From Squalus acanthias (lineage: Eukaryota): a DNA stretch of 64,000 nucleotides. Shown here piece after piece: positions 49,601 to 62,142 of this stretch. Under the pieces are notes generated by a model. The model saw only the letters and a program-made list of their open reading frames with translations. It was not told where the DNA came from and did no database searches. The stretch lies in contig CM059434.1 in NCBI GenBank assembly GCA_030390025.1, forward strand, positions 112,406,001 through 112,470,000, written 5' to 3'. The stretch's first letter is position 1, and every line of letters begins with the position of its first letter. The position numbers and the translations under genes were made by a program.

Positions 49601-51411
49601 GTGTGGCAGGGGAAAGTGATATTCTTGGGCAGAAGCTTTTGAAGAGGTCATTTAACTATCCTCTTATAAAAATAGTTGAAAACCTGAATAAATGAACAAA
49701 CATGAATAATGTGGTACTGCGCATTATTTTAAACAAGACACAGAATAGCATTCAAGCAACTACTAATTAATACAAAGGCACTTCATTCTCCAGGATATGG
49801 CTGTCTGCTTCTAACTCCATGCTACATGGAGAATGCAGTCACTCAACTTCTTGTGGCTCCTGAGCAGTACAGTGCATTAGCATGGCTCTGCAAGCTAAAT
49901 AACCTCAGTGACAATATATCCCCCATACCTCTAAAATAGCCTCAATGTCCTGATGTTGAGCTTGTTGTCTTGCCAGCCTGTTCTGTAGTTAGCGGAGATC
50001 AGTGCTGTTATATGACCACATTGGTCAAAGCCCTCCTAGAAACCAAAACAAAGAAAATGCACCTGTTAAAATCTGGAGTAAAATTTTGTGCCTCCCCCCA
50101 TAGTTAAAGAGTTTAACAAAACTGGAACTTATTCTCCGATTACTTTGTCGTATACAGTCCCGAGATGAAATTCTCACCTAAGTGGAGGTGCTGCAATGAT
50201 GTGTGTACAGAGGAGAATACAATAACACATGGTGCTATAAAATTTATCATTTCATCACTAAGAGAAAAGCATAAATATACACACAGTATGTACACACACC
50301 ATCTGCTGCAACAGACAGTAATGGTACCAGTGAATCAGAGTTTTTGGGGCATGATGTTCTAAAATTTAAGAACGGAACTGGGTTGGGCCTACCACCCCAT
50401 CCCCCAAAGAAATCCTTTCCTGAAGTGCCTTTTGCCTGGCAATTCTGGCCACAAGTGTGTTCAGTGTACTCTTTTCATCAAGCAATGCTATGTGTACATT
50501 GGAAATGCATGTTCAATAATCAGGAGTCAGCAATAACTGTTGACTTGTTTACTTTCCTAGGCCATCTCCAGGGGTCAGGCAAATGCTGTCAGTTTAATAG
50601 CGTTAAGGTCTCCCGATTGCAGAATTGGCAGTTCCCAGTGCGCTACTCAAAGAACAACAGTTGTTGAGGGCTTCTTTCAGCGGGTCTTGTGCTTTACATG
50701 ATTAAAACCAAGAGAGGACCACAATGAGAACCAACCACACAACTGCATCCTGTTAAAACTCAACTAGTCTGGTAAAATAATCCTATCCTTGGATAATGAT
50801 TTCTATAAACAAAGTCAATAAAAATAGCCCAAAATTCTACAATACATTAAATCAAGGAATATGAACAACACTAAACAGATGTCTAAAAAAGAGTTGCAGT
50901 CTTCAGGTGAAATTTAGCATAGGGCTGACTAAAACCAAGTGAGGAATAAGATTTATTAAAATACTGGTTCGACTTTATGCTGCAGTCAGGATTTTGATCA
51001 AATGGAAGTATTTGAGAAATTCCATACCTGGATCAGGTGACTTTATCTGGAGACAGATAGTAATGTTTGATAGCTGCACTCGCACCCATCACCTACCAAA
51101 AACTCAGGCCAGATATAAGATACATGCAACTTTCTATTTAAAATTTGTGATTCTCAAGTGTTGTAAGCTGTGGTTCCAATGTTGACGATTTTGTACTACC
51201 AGAGTACTAACAAGTACACTATTATAACTACATTAATTTTCATGCAGAAATACAGAAGGACAAGTATTTCTAGTTCTATAAATATCATTGATAAATTGAA
51301 CAGGACAGTGCAACACCATAACATTTTTAATACCAAAGCACTAAGTTTCAGAGGGAAAACAAAATAAATAGGGAGGAGTACAGGGAAACAAGGTGGTTTA
51401 ACCTGAGATAT

Positions 51412-51920
51412 TACACAGAATGTACAGCACAGAAACAGGCCATTCGGCCCAACTGGTCCATGCATAATTCCACGGCTTTTTATGCTCCACATGAGCCTCC
51501 TCCCACCCCTCTTCATCTAACCCCATCAGCATATCCTTCTATTCCTTTCTAGCTTCCCCTTAAATGCACCTGTGCCTCAACTACTCCTTGTGATGGCACG
51601 TTCCACATTCTTACCACTCTTTGGGGAAAGAAGTTTCTCCTGAATTCCCAAATGGATTTATTGGTGACTATCTTATATTTATGGCCCCTAGTTTTGGTCT
51701 CCCCACAAGTGGAAACATCTTCTCTACGCCTACCCAATCAAACCCTTTCATAATCTTAAAGACCTCTATCAGCTCACCCCTCAGCTTTCTCTTTCCTAGA
51801 CAAAAGAGCCCCAGCCTGTTCAGCCTTTCCTGATAAGTATAGCCTCTCCGTACTGGAATCATTTTTGCACCTTCTACAGTGCCTCTATATCCTTTTTATA
51901 ATATGAAGACCAGAACTGTA
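51412..51920 (-). mobile_element. CR1 3' fragment
   Basis: Minus ORFs give YQERLNRLGLF..LRGELIEVFKIMKG and TRGHKYKI..RRNFFPQRVVRMWN. Confidence 0.9.
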
Positions 51921-52939
51921 TAATTTTAAAATACAAATTCCACTGCGTTTTGTTCACAGGTTGATTGATCAGGCCTCTCCAGGCTGCAAACAAGCAAGCC
52001 CATCTAGCTACCGGTGTAGTGTTTGGAGAATTGATTGTGTTTGGACAAAGTGTTAATGCATGGAGTCAGAAACTGCCTTGCAATACAAGCACTTCCACTG
52101 CTCAATCAGCTTGCTTATCCATGCAAGAGTTACAGATCTTTTTTGTAGAGACACTGGGTAGCTCACTGGATCGGCAGTCTTTACATCTCTGGGGCCTGGG
52201 TTTCCTCCCAGAATGATGGTTTGAAAGTCTCCTCTCTGCCAAGGATCTTCTGTGAAATGAGTTTGTCCAGTCTCAATTTACTTCCTCAGCACAAAACTGC
52301 CAATATTTAGCACAAATTGGCAGTTCGAGAGAGGACAGAAGCTGGCATGGGAAGTGAAATCGAAAGAATAAAAAAATGTCCCACTGATGCAATACAGAAT
52401 GCTTTTTGGAAGGTGAAGTTAAGGTGCCTTGTTCTGGCAGAATAAAAGCAACGTTAGTCTGCATCTGGTGATGCTCTACCTGACTTAGGTGTGACTAATT
52501 TGGGCACCAGGTGCCCTAAACAGAAAGCACAGATATCCCTCCACCTTACCAGCACAAACAATACTGGAGTTGGGATGGGAAACGAACCTGGATTTTAAAA
52601 ACTTGAGTAAGCACTGTTTCCGTTTCACAGGTTCTCTCCCAACTACCCAGCAAACATTAGCCTACCTATAAGTAATCAGAACAGGCATGGACAACACTCT
52701 GATAACAGCACAATTAAGAGATCCTTGAAACTAAAATATCCCTCACCACAGAGCTGACATCATTGCCCGACTTCAAAACCAGATCAAGTAGGACTTAAGA
52801 GGAAGCCCTGGCATACTCTGAATTGCCAGTTCTGCTCTCAAACCCCACAAAAAAATCCTGCCATTCTTATTCCTTTGGAATGTTCCACATATCTGTAGAT
52901 TGTATCATATAAACTGCTATTGGATATTAATTTATATTA

Positions 52940-53400
52940 CGGACCGAGAATGTGACCGTCAGACACGAGGCGGGGTAGGGGATGCGCGTCCAATCCCTGA
53001 CCCCAGGGCTGAATCACAATCCCGGGGGGGGGGGGGGGGGGGGGGGCGGGGGGCCTGAACCCCGACCCCTGGAGGTGGGGGTGAAGTGTGAGATCCCAGG
53101 GGGCGCGGGGGTCGGGTCCAATCTCCGACCCCCAATCCCGGGGAGAGGCAGACTGCTGGTGGGGGAGCTTGGGGTCCGGGAGGAAGCACTTCTGCTCCTC
53201 CCGGCTCACAAGGATTGCTCCCGGGATTCCCGGCTGCCTGCAGTTAAACCTGCACAGCAGCTTAAAGCAGAGGCTTCAGGCCTCATAATATTTAAAATGC
53301 CAACCCGCCTCCTGGAAGCAGGTTGGCTGTCCGTCCCCCCATACCGCCTGAGTAAAAGGTGAAGGTGGGTGGGTTGGGGGCGGGTTTTAGATTTTTCCAA
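52940..53400. mobile_element. GC-rich non-autonomous DNA-transposon-like fragment (possibly Harbinger-related)
   Basis: Abrupt GC/CpG-rich block with G-runs, similar in style to the ends of 16471-18095. No convincing TIR pair or TSD found. Confidence 0.4.
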
Positions 53401-53403
53401 CTG

Positions 53404-53785
53404 TCACGATGAAGGAACGGTGATATATTTCCAAGTCAGGATGGTGTGTGATTTGGAGGGGAACTTGGAGGTGATGCTGTTCCCATGCGCCTGCTGCCCT
53501 TGTCCTTCTAGGTGGTAGCGGTCGCGGGTTTGGGAGGTGCTGTCGAAGCAGGCTTGGCGAGTTGCTGCAATGCATCTTGTAGATGGTACACACTGCAGCC
53601 ACGGTGCGCCGGTGGTGGAGGGAGTGGATGTTGAAGGTGGTGGATGGGATGCCAATCAAGTGGGTTGCTTTGTCCTGGATGGTGTCGAGCTTCAAGTGTT
53701 GCTGGAGCTGCACTCATCCAGGCAAGTGGGGAGTATGCCATCACAATCTTGAACTTGTGCCTTGTAGATGGTGGAAAGGCTTTGG
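53404..53785 (-). mobile_element. CR1-group (Zenon-like) LINE internal fragment
   Basis: KLDTIQDKATHLIG..HHRRTVAAVCTIYKMHCSNSP; reverse complement of ~10735-11120. Confidence 0.9.
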
Positions 53786-54911
53786 TTACAGTAAGTGCTT
53801 GGCAAACTTAAGTTTATATGGAAGTTTAACAGGTAGCAATCGTATACTTCTATTTTAAGTCCATGATGAATAAAGAAAATACAAGGTCTTTGATTTTATA
53901 ACTATCACATCAAGATAGTTCAGTCTTCCTCTGCAGGGCGTTGGCAGACTTGGTGTCGACAGCAAGCCATCTGTAATCGCCTTTCTTGGTTCATTGGCAG
54001 ACTCCTTCACTTGGCTTCATAGACAGTGGTTTACTGTTACATTTCTTATACTTTTACAAAATTATAGTTAACTGCATTCCACATTTCGCTATACATTCCT
54101 CACACTTGAGCTCCTGCCTAAACCCTTTTCCCTGACCTCGCCTTTAAAAGTTTTCAGGCATTCTGACCAATTCATTCTTCACTGAGGTTAGGATTCCAAT
54201 TAAAATTGCACAAAAAAATTTGTACATACTTGCAGAGTTACTAAAGATACACGTTACTCAATGTTGAGCCATGGACGTGGTTATTTCCACCGCAGATTGC
54301 AGGCAATGAAGGATCCTGTAAGGAATCCCTTACCTAATGTCTCTGTAGAGTCAACACTAAATTGTAAATTAAAATGTGCGATGTGTTCAGGCCCTTGGCA
54401 GCTGCAGTAATTAAAGTTAACAAGGTGTATGCTTTTGTTGAGAGAATAATGCGAGAAGAAGCGGTGTTGATTAATACCACTTAGGTCATCTCCGTACAGG
54501 TTCAAATTCAGCTCGAGTACCAAATTACCTTATTGTAATCAAAAGAATATACAGAAGTTAATCTCACGGGGTAGATTTGAGATAGCTTCCTACAATCAAG
54601 TATTTATGAAGTTACCAATTGGATTTAGAACTTCAAATGTTTTCTGATTTTTAACATAATTATACAAAATATTTTAGAAATCAAAATGATTCTATAATTG
54701 AAAAATTCCTGTTGCTCATTCTTCATCAAAAAAAGTAGAAAATTACCTTTATAATCCCTCCTTTCTCTTTCCATGCCCCGCATCATGTGCAGAGAAGAGG
54801 CTGGCTATGTACCCTGCTTCCAGGCTTCTTCTGCTGGCGCTCCAAACTAATCACCAGGAGACAGCCAACATTAAACTGCCCGTCCTCTTCTTGACAAGTA
54901 CCTGGCCTCTT

Positions 54912-55000
54912 CATAAAAAATTGAAACAGGAGTAGGCCATACAGCCCCTGGAGCCTGTGCACCATTCAATAAGATCATGGCTGAACTTCTACATCAACTC
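54912..55000 (-). mobile_element. CR1/HER1 3' tail
   Basis: aacaggagtaggccatacagcccctggagcctgtgcaccattcaataagatcatggctga. Confidence 0.8.
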
Positions 55001-55520
55001 CAACTCCTCCTCTGGACCTCCTCCACCAGGACCTCCAGTGCCGCATCCGAGAACCTGTGCGCCCTCTCCCTCGGTCCCTGAGCCTACAAGGTGTCGCTGT
55101 ATGCCAGTCAGAGCACTCCACACCTTCAGTGGAAGTGGGTGCGAGGAGCCCACACATACTGCTCCACGAAAATTGCGTCTAATCAGCACTTGAGTGCAAA
55201 ACCTGTAGGTGTCTGTTTAGCACCGCCAGGCAATTTAAAATTACAGTAATCAGCAATTAGGACCAACATTTGTATAATATATCCAGACTTTGAAACAGGT
55301 TAATCTTATTACTGCTGCACCCATTTAGCGCCTGTTTTCACCCTTTTGCCAAAATAACCCCCCCGCCACTTACTCGTATACGCCATCCCCCTTGTTTGCT
55401 GTACCTCTTTGCTTCATACCTCTTAAAAGCAGAAAAGCAGAGATCAGCAATTCATCAGCCGAAGGAATAGATCTCCCTCATGGCGCCACATGTTGGTGCT
55501 TCAGTATTCTATGAACGACG

Positions 55521-56329
55521 TTCAGGCTTGGGCTGATAAGTGGCAGGTAACATTCGCGCCACAGAAGTGCCAGGCAATGACTATCTCCAACAAGTGAGAG
55601 TCTGACCACCGCCCCTTGACATTCAACAGCATTACCATCACCGAATCCCCCACCATCAACATCCTGGGGGTCACCATTGACCAGAAACTTAACCAGACCA
55701 ACAACATAAATACTGTGGCAACAAGAGCAGGTCAGAGGCTAGGTATTCTGCGGCAAGTGTCTCACCTCCTGATTCCCCAAAGCCTTTCCACCATCTGCAA
55801 GGCACAAGTAAGGAGTGTGATGGAATACTCTCCACTTGCCTGGATGAGTGCAGCTCCAACAACACTCAAGAAGCTCGACACCATCCAGGACAAAGCAGCC
55901 CGCTTGATTGGCACCCCATCCACCACCTTAAACATTCACTCCCTCCACCACCGGCGTACCGTGGCTGCAGTGTGTACTATCTACAAGATGCACTGCAGCA
56001 ACTCGCCAAGGGTTCTTCGGCAGCACCTCCCAAACCCACGACCTCTTCCACCTAGAAGGACAAGGGCAGCAGGCGCATGGGAACACCACCACTTCCAAGT
56101 CACACACCATCCTGACTTAGAAGTATATCGCCGATCCATCATCGTCGCTGGGTCAAAATCCTGGAACTCCCTCCGTAACAGCACTGTGGGAGTACCTTCA
56201 CCACACGGACTGCAGCGGTTCAAGGCGGCGGCTCACCACCACCTACTCAAGGGCAACTAGGGATGGGCAATAAATGCTGGTCCTGCCAGTGACGCCCACA
56301 TCCCATAAAAATGAATTTTAAAAAAAAAA
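55521..56329 (+). mobile_element. CR1-group (Zenon-like) LINE 3' fragment
   Basis: ORF 55616-56260 is near-identical to 10540-11230, with the same 3' UTR and an A-rich end. Confidence 0.92.
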
Positions 56330-57050
56330 TGGTAGCTCTACTTTGCTCCATCGCTATCTTTTCTCTCATTAAATCCCGATGTACTTTTGGTCATGGATAT
56401 TTTATGGGCTGCAAAAATGTAAAGCTGCTTCAACAAAGAATAGCATGAGATAAAGGAGAAAGAAAGAGAGGGGCTGAGATGGAGTGATGGGATGGGGATT
56501 CAATGCTCTGATCAATGCTTCTCCTCAGATGGGACTTGAGCAAAGGCCAGCTGCCTCCCTGCAATGGGAAAGGGAGAAAGAAAGCTCTGATCGGGAGTTT
56601 TCAGTAGGCTGCTGTCAACGTGCTCATTACAATTTGCCAAACGTTGTGTTCATAGTGGCCTGGCAAATTGCACTGACCTCTTTGCCACAGAAGTTTGGTC
56701 CAAGATGGGCTAGGAACAGGAGAAAAGGTGGCATATCCTTTTTAAGGAAACAGGAAGATGAGTTGCCACAATGTGGGGGAAACTTGGCAGTGCAAGGTAG
56801 TTCTGCAGCCTGGTTGCCAAGTCAAAACAAAATCCAGAGATACATTTCAATATTAAAATACAAAGTAGTTATTGCATACCATTCAAATACTATTCATTTG
56901 AGTTGATATTGGAAATAGTAGAAAATACTTTTCATTAACATTACTTATTGAGCTTCTCTCCTTTGATTAATCCATTTTGAGACAAATAATTAAACCATCC
57001 CATATCTCGCTCAGTTTTTTGATGGGTATAAAGTTGAGCATTTTGTGGCA

Positions 57051-57856
57051 AACAAAAATAACAACTTGTATTTATATAGCACCTTTAACGTAGTAAAATG
57101 TCCCAAGGTGCTTCACAGGAGTGTTATAAAACAAAATTTGACACCAAGCCAAACAAGGAGATATTAGGGCAGATGACCAAAAGCTTGGTCAAAGAGGTAG
57201 GTTTTAAAGAGCGTCTTAAAGGAGGAAAGAGAGGTAGTGAGATGGAGCGGTTTAGGGAGGGAATTCCAGAGCTTAGGGCCTTGGCAGCTGAAGGCATGGC
57301 CACCAATGGTTGAGCGATTAAAATCAGTGATGCTCAAGAGGGCAGAATTAGAGGAGCGCAGATATCTCGGTTGGGGGGGTGGGGCGCGTGGTGGCTGGAG
57401 GAGATTACAGAGATAAGGAGGGGCAAGGCCATGGAGGGATTTGAAAACAAGGATGAGAATTTTAAAAATCGAGGCATTGCTTTACTGGGAGCCAATGTAG
57501 GTCAGCAAGCAGAGGTGATGGGTGAACGGGACTTGGTGCGAGTTAGGATACGGGCAGCCGAGTTTTGGATAACCTCAAGTTTACATAGGGTAGAATGTGG
57601 GAGGCCAGCCAGGAATGCGTTGGAATAATCAAGTCTAGAGGTAACAAAGGCATGGATGAGGGTTTCAGCAGCAGATGAGCTGATACGGGGGCAGAGACGG
57701 GCGATGTTACGGAGGTGGAAGTAGGCGGTCTTAGTTATGCTGCAGATATGCGGTCAGAAGTTAATTTCAGGGTCAAATATGACACCGAGGTTGTGAACAG
57801 TCTGGTTCAGCCTCAGACAGATGCTAGGGAGAGGGATGGAGTCCGTGGCTGGGGAA
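57051..57856 (-). mobile_element. L2 LINE 3' portion
   Basis: Reverse complement of ~1195-2005; starts with the aacaacttgtatttatatagcacc tail. Confidence 0.92.
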
Positions 57857-58737
57857 TGGGGTCATTAGAAATTCCCACACAAGCAATTTTTTGTTGTGCC
57901 AAAATTCTGCCCGATAAAATTATCTCACCTGGATTGACAGATGTCAATCCTCAGCTGTTCCTTTCCAAACTTGTATCTTCAGTTCCTTGGAATTCTCTTT
58001 CAGTATGTCTCAATTTCAATCTCCTACTCAACACGAAGATTAGCCTTACAAGTCACTCATGATTCACCGTCATGTTTCAACTTCATTGCTCACTCTTTTT
58101 GCTGTCAAATCACTTACATTTCTTCCGTCAGTCAGAGACAGGCTTGCAACTCTCATTCTGATGAGCTATTCTGCCCACTCATGTTCTTGTCCCCAATCTC
58201 CAAAATTTCCCTTTGCTTTTACTACACTTGAGTTTCAATAGCTGATAATTGGCCAGTCTACATCTGATTTACCGAGCACCTAAAACATGGATAAAATAGG
58301 CACTGGGGGCTGGGATTCTCCCAATTTGGCACCAAATAACCTTTCGAACCAATACACAAACTGGCAGGCCGGATTTAGCTGGACAAGCAGTGGGAAGTTT
58401 ACTGGTGCTCTGTACTAGTAAGCTGCACTCTTTCAGTTGGTTAAGCTCCAATAGCATCCCTGCATGCATTTCAGGTCCCGAAGCCTTGGGTCTGCTATGG
58501 GTATTTAGGTAAGCAGGGTATATCCTAATGGGGAGAGCAAACACACTAAATATCAGGCCAACAAAGTTTGCAAATGCAGATTTCTCAGTATTTAGCTTCA
58601 GAGACTAAACAAGGCTCTGGGTTTCCACACATGCCAAGACAAAAGAATGATAGAAAACTCCATGAGGTTCAGATTGCCCTTGGGGATCCATTGGTTATTT
58701 TACCCTAGGACAGTGTACACCTTTGAGGTACCACATT

Positions 58738-59007
58738 AAAGAAAGACGTGCATTTATATAGCGCCTTTCACAACCAACGGACGTCTCAAAGCGCTTTACA
58801 GCCAATGAAGTACTTTTTGAAGTGTAGTCACTGTTGTAATGTTGGAAATGCGGCAACCAATTTGCGCACAGCAAGCTCCCACAAACAGCAATGTGATTAT
58901 GACCAGATAATCTGTTTTTGTTATCTTGGTTGAGGGATAAATATTGGCCAGGACACCAGGGATAACTCCCCTGCTCTACTTCGAAATAGTGCCATGGGAT
59001 CTTTTAT
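58738..59007 (-). mobile_element. SacSINE1-like DeuSINE, 3' half
   Basis: Reverse complement of ~36297-36555 (ttggccaggacacc..agtgccatgggatctttta). Confidence 0.88.
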
Positions 59008-60095
59008 GTATTTATTTCGATTATTAAACTCTCCTAATGCTCTAAAGCCACCCTATGTTATACTTCTCCTCAATTTTAATGAATTAGAACACAGGTCTAA
59101 ACTGAACTAGTTACAGCTTATTTAATGTTTTGGAATATTAATTGTAGAAGTTTAAATGAGCAATATCTTCAATTAAAGTCTTTAGGAGCAAAATAAATTT
59201 GATAAACACAATGTGGCAACACAAGTAACAACAAAATCATTATCTTGCCGATGGATGGTTTAAACACAAAAGTGGTGAGTTTTGTTGTACTCCAAATTTT
59301 TTTTTTTAAATCGCCAATCTCTTTCTCTAGATAATACTGCCCGTTCAAAAGCATGAATGCATACATACACTCACGAATGCATGCAGTATTCAAGATAAAG
59401 CCTTCAAGCAGGACAGCCTCAATCTTAATCTATACGGATTTGATAATATAAACTGTTTCCACAGAGTATTGCTTCCTCACTTGCCTTGCCTCTGCTTAAA
59501 AGGGGCTCGTTCAATTTGGCTGCCCTCTTCCGCACCCTCCCCGTCACCCCCCCACCCCCCCACCCCCGAAAGTGGGCCCGAGAGAATCTCTCTCTCTCCA
59601 TCTCCCCCAAAACAGCATCTGTCACTGGTTTCCACCCCCGCACCCCCCCCCCACATTCCTCAGATTGCATGCTGCTGAAGAAGTCAGGAGTTCATTTATC
59701 AGAGACAGGCTCCTGTTTATCAGGGCTGTTGCTCATTAGATTAATAGTTCTCCCACTCCAATGGGCCTGGCCCTACCATTTCTAAACACTTTCAGGCCAG
59801 ATGTCACAAAAAAAGAAAATTCTCAAATTCGCACACCCCTCTAGCTATGGATAATGCGACTAACAAATCTGTAAAAATGTCTCTACTAATTTCCACCTAC
59901 CCCTCTCCCTGTTGAACTCTTATTTCTCAATATGCATTTAGTTTTACTTGGGTTTTCTGTATTTATTTCTAGCTCCATAAATGTTTACTCTCACCTTTCA
60001 CAGTACTTTAGTATTTCTCCCATTATTTTCTTCCCCTCAATATTTCTCTTTCCTGGTATTTAATTCTCTCTCAAGTGTACATTTGTCAGTATTAT

Positions 60096-60185
60096 GCTGA
60101 TGAAGGGTTCGACCCGAAATGTTGACTCTGTTTCTCCTCTCTTCGATGCTGCCTGACCTGCTGAGTGTTTCCAGCACTTTGTTGT
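60096..60185 (+). mobile_element. 90-bp Penelope-derived hammerhead mini-insertion
   Basis: gCTGATGA-A-GGGT-tcg-ACCC-GAAAtgttgactctg.. homologous to 33580-33670; 14-bp TSD tttgtcagtattat (60082-95 and 60186-99). Confidence 0.85.
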
Positions 60186-61097
60186 TTTGTCAGTATTATC
60201 TTCTCTCCCTGTATGTAGTTCTCCGATTAGTAGTTTCTTCTCACCATGGAGATGGTGCGGAGGACAGAGAACTGGTTCCCTCCCCTTTTGAAATATGATG
60301 CTGTTTCTCTTGGTGTTAGCTCAAACAATGGCAACTGATCAAAACAGTTGCAAAAAAAATTTAAATCAGAGGCTGCACCGAGAACCAAACTAGCACACCG
60401 ACAGTGATGTCATCATCTGCAACAGAGGCTTATAAATAACTCAGATCATTCAGACCCTGCCTCTACAAAGGATTCTCCTATCAGAACTGTTGATCCTCTG
60501 TTGATTGATTAGCATCTAATTAGGCAGTTACATGCTGTAGATTTGAGAGGGACCCTGAGCTTTGTAGATATTTACATTTGCAAAGAGCTCTGTGCAGGAT
60601 TCAACACGGGGAGTCAAATGGCTATCTGAATATGGGGGGGGGTGCCTCTATGTACCTGCGCACATACACAATGAGGGAGGGGGAGGAAGTTGTTAAAGCC
60701 AAGTTTAAGTGTAGGTTAGCAAATTTGTTTTGTACATTTTTGTTACGTGATCAATTTTATTTCAGGGGTATACAGTGGGGTGGGTTAGAAATAGTAACAT
60801 TGGTTATATTTCAGGAGTATGTGCTTTGCTGAAATGCAGTTAGATTTGTTTTGGTCACGAGGACATAGACAGGCTGGTGGAATGGGCGGACACGTGGCAG
60901 ATGAAATTAAACGCAGAAAAGTGTGAGGTGATCCATTTTGGAATGAAGAGACAATACATGCTAAATGGTACAATTTTAAACAGGGTGCAAGAAGAGAGAG
61001 ACCTGGGGATGCTTGCACACAAATCTTTGAAGGTAGCAGGACAGGTTAACAAAGCAGTTAGTAAAGCAAATGGGATCCTGGGCTTTATAAATAGAGG

Positions 61098-61315
61098 TCA
61101 TGATGTGGAGATGCCGGCGTTGGACTGGGGTGGACAAAAATGAGAAGTCGCACAACACCAGGTTATAGTCCAACAGATTTATTTAATTTTACAAGCTTTC
61201 GGAGCGGTTCGCTCCTTCCTCAGGTAGGGTAGCAGTGAGAGAATCTCCCAGAATTCACAATATAAACACAGAGAAAATCTATTCAAATCTTTCCCTACAT
61301 CAAAGACTTCTCATT
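61098..61315 (-). mobile_element. Short Penelope pLTR insertion with hammerhead and a ~14-bp vestigial inverted arm
   Basis: Same 3' tail as the 21951 and 43159 elements, in antisense; gacttctcattttt at ~61305 inverts aaaaatgagaagtc; 14-bp TSD tttataaatagagg (61084-97 and 61316-29). Confidence 0.9.
61190..61226 (-). ncRNA. Minimal hammerhead ribozyme motif
   Basis: Reverse complement reads TAC-CTGAGGA-A-GGAGCG-aac-CGCTCC-GAAA-GCT-T-GTA. Confidence 0.75.
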
Positions 61316-61400
61316 TTTATAAATAGAGGCATAGAGTACAAAAGCCAGGAAGTTATGCTAAACCTATATAAAACACTAGTTCAGCCTCAGCTGGAGTATT

Positions 61401-62142
61401 GGCCTAGAAATTCGATACGAAGGCTTGCCGCGGGGGTACGGATCGCGCGCAATATCACCTACCGCGTCTGCCGTTGTGTTTTGCCCCCGCAGGAACTTCG
61501 GGTCCTGGGCCTCTCCCTAGTGCGGGCGCGCAGTGCTTGCGTGTTCCAGGGGCGCAGTTAGTGCGATGCGACCCCTGGGATCACGTGGGCCATGGAGAGC
61601 CAATGGCAGCAGACCATCTTTCATTCATAGATTTGACACCTGTCAAATCTGTGAACTGAAATCGGCCCCAAAAGAACAGCTAAACCTCAAATAAATTTTT
61701 TAAAAAACCATCACATTAATAAAATAACTATAGTTAAATAAATTAACCACTTTAAACAAAAATTAACAATTTTGAAAAAATTAAAATACTTTAACTTACC
61801 TTTCTTTAAAGTCTCTAAAAAAGATAAAACTGTTGAAAATTTTTTTAAATTATACTTAATTAACTACTTACCTTGTTCAAAAGGGGTCTTATGCCTCCTT
61901 ATTACTAGCGTAGAATATTCAATACTTACCCTCGCGTTGAAACCTGAAAAAAAACCTAAGTGTGCTGCGTGCGCGCAGCCTCTAGTGCGCACGCTGTTCA
62001 CCTAGGAACCGCCCCCTTCGCCATACCGGAAGTGCCGGTTTCCCGCACATGCGCAGTGCATGCAGGAAACCGGCACTTCGGGAATGAATACGGGTGAGTA
62101 CGCACTGAGTACTCACCCGAGAACGGCCAAATTTTTTGGGCC
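61401..62142. mobile_element. PIF/Harbinger-type MITE (family of 14377-15044)
   Basis: Ends ggcctagaaatt / aattttttgggcc. Removing the element and one ATT restores the CR1 codons gagtATTgtg (EYCV), confirming a 3-bp TSD. Confidence 0.9.

Noticed and set aside
52100-52250. Minus-strand CxxC..CxxC peptide (CKDC..CNSC)
   Set aside because: Short and unsupported, two frames are equally open, and there is no homology.
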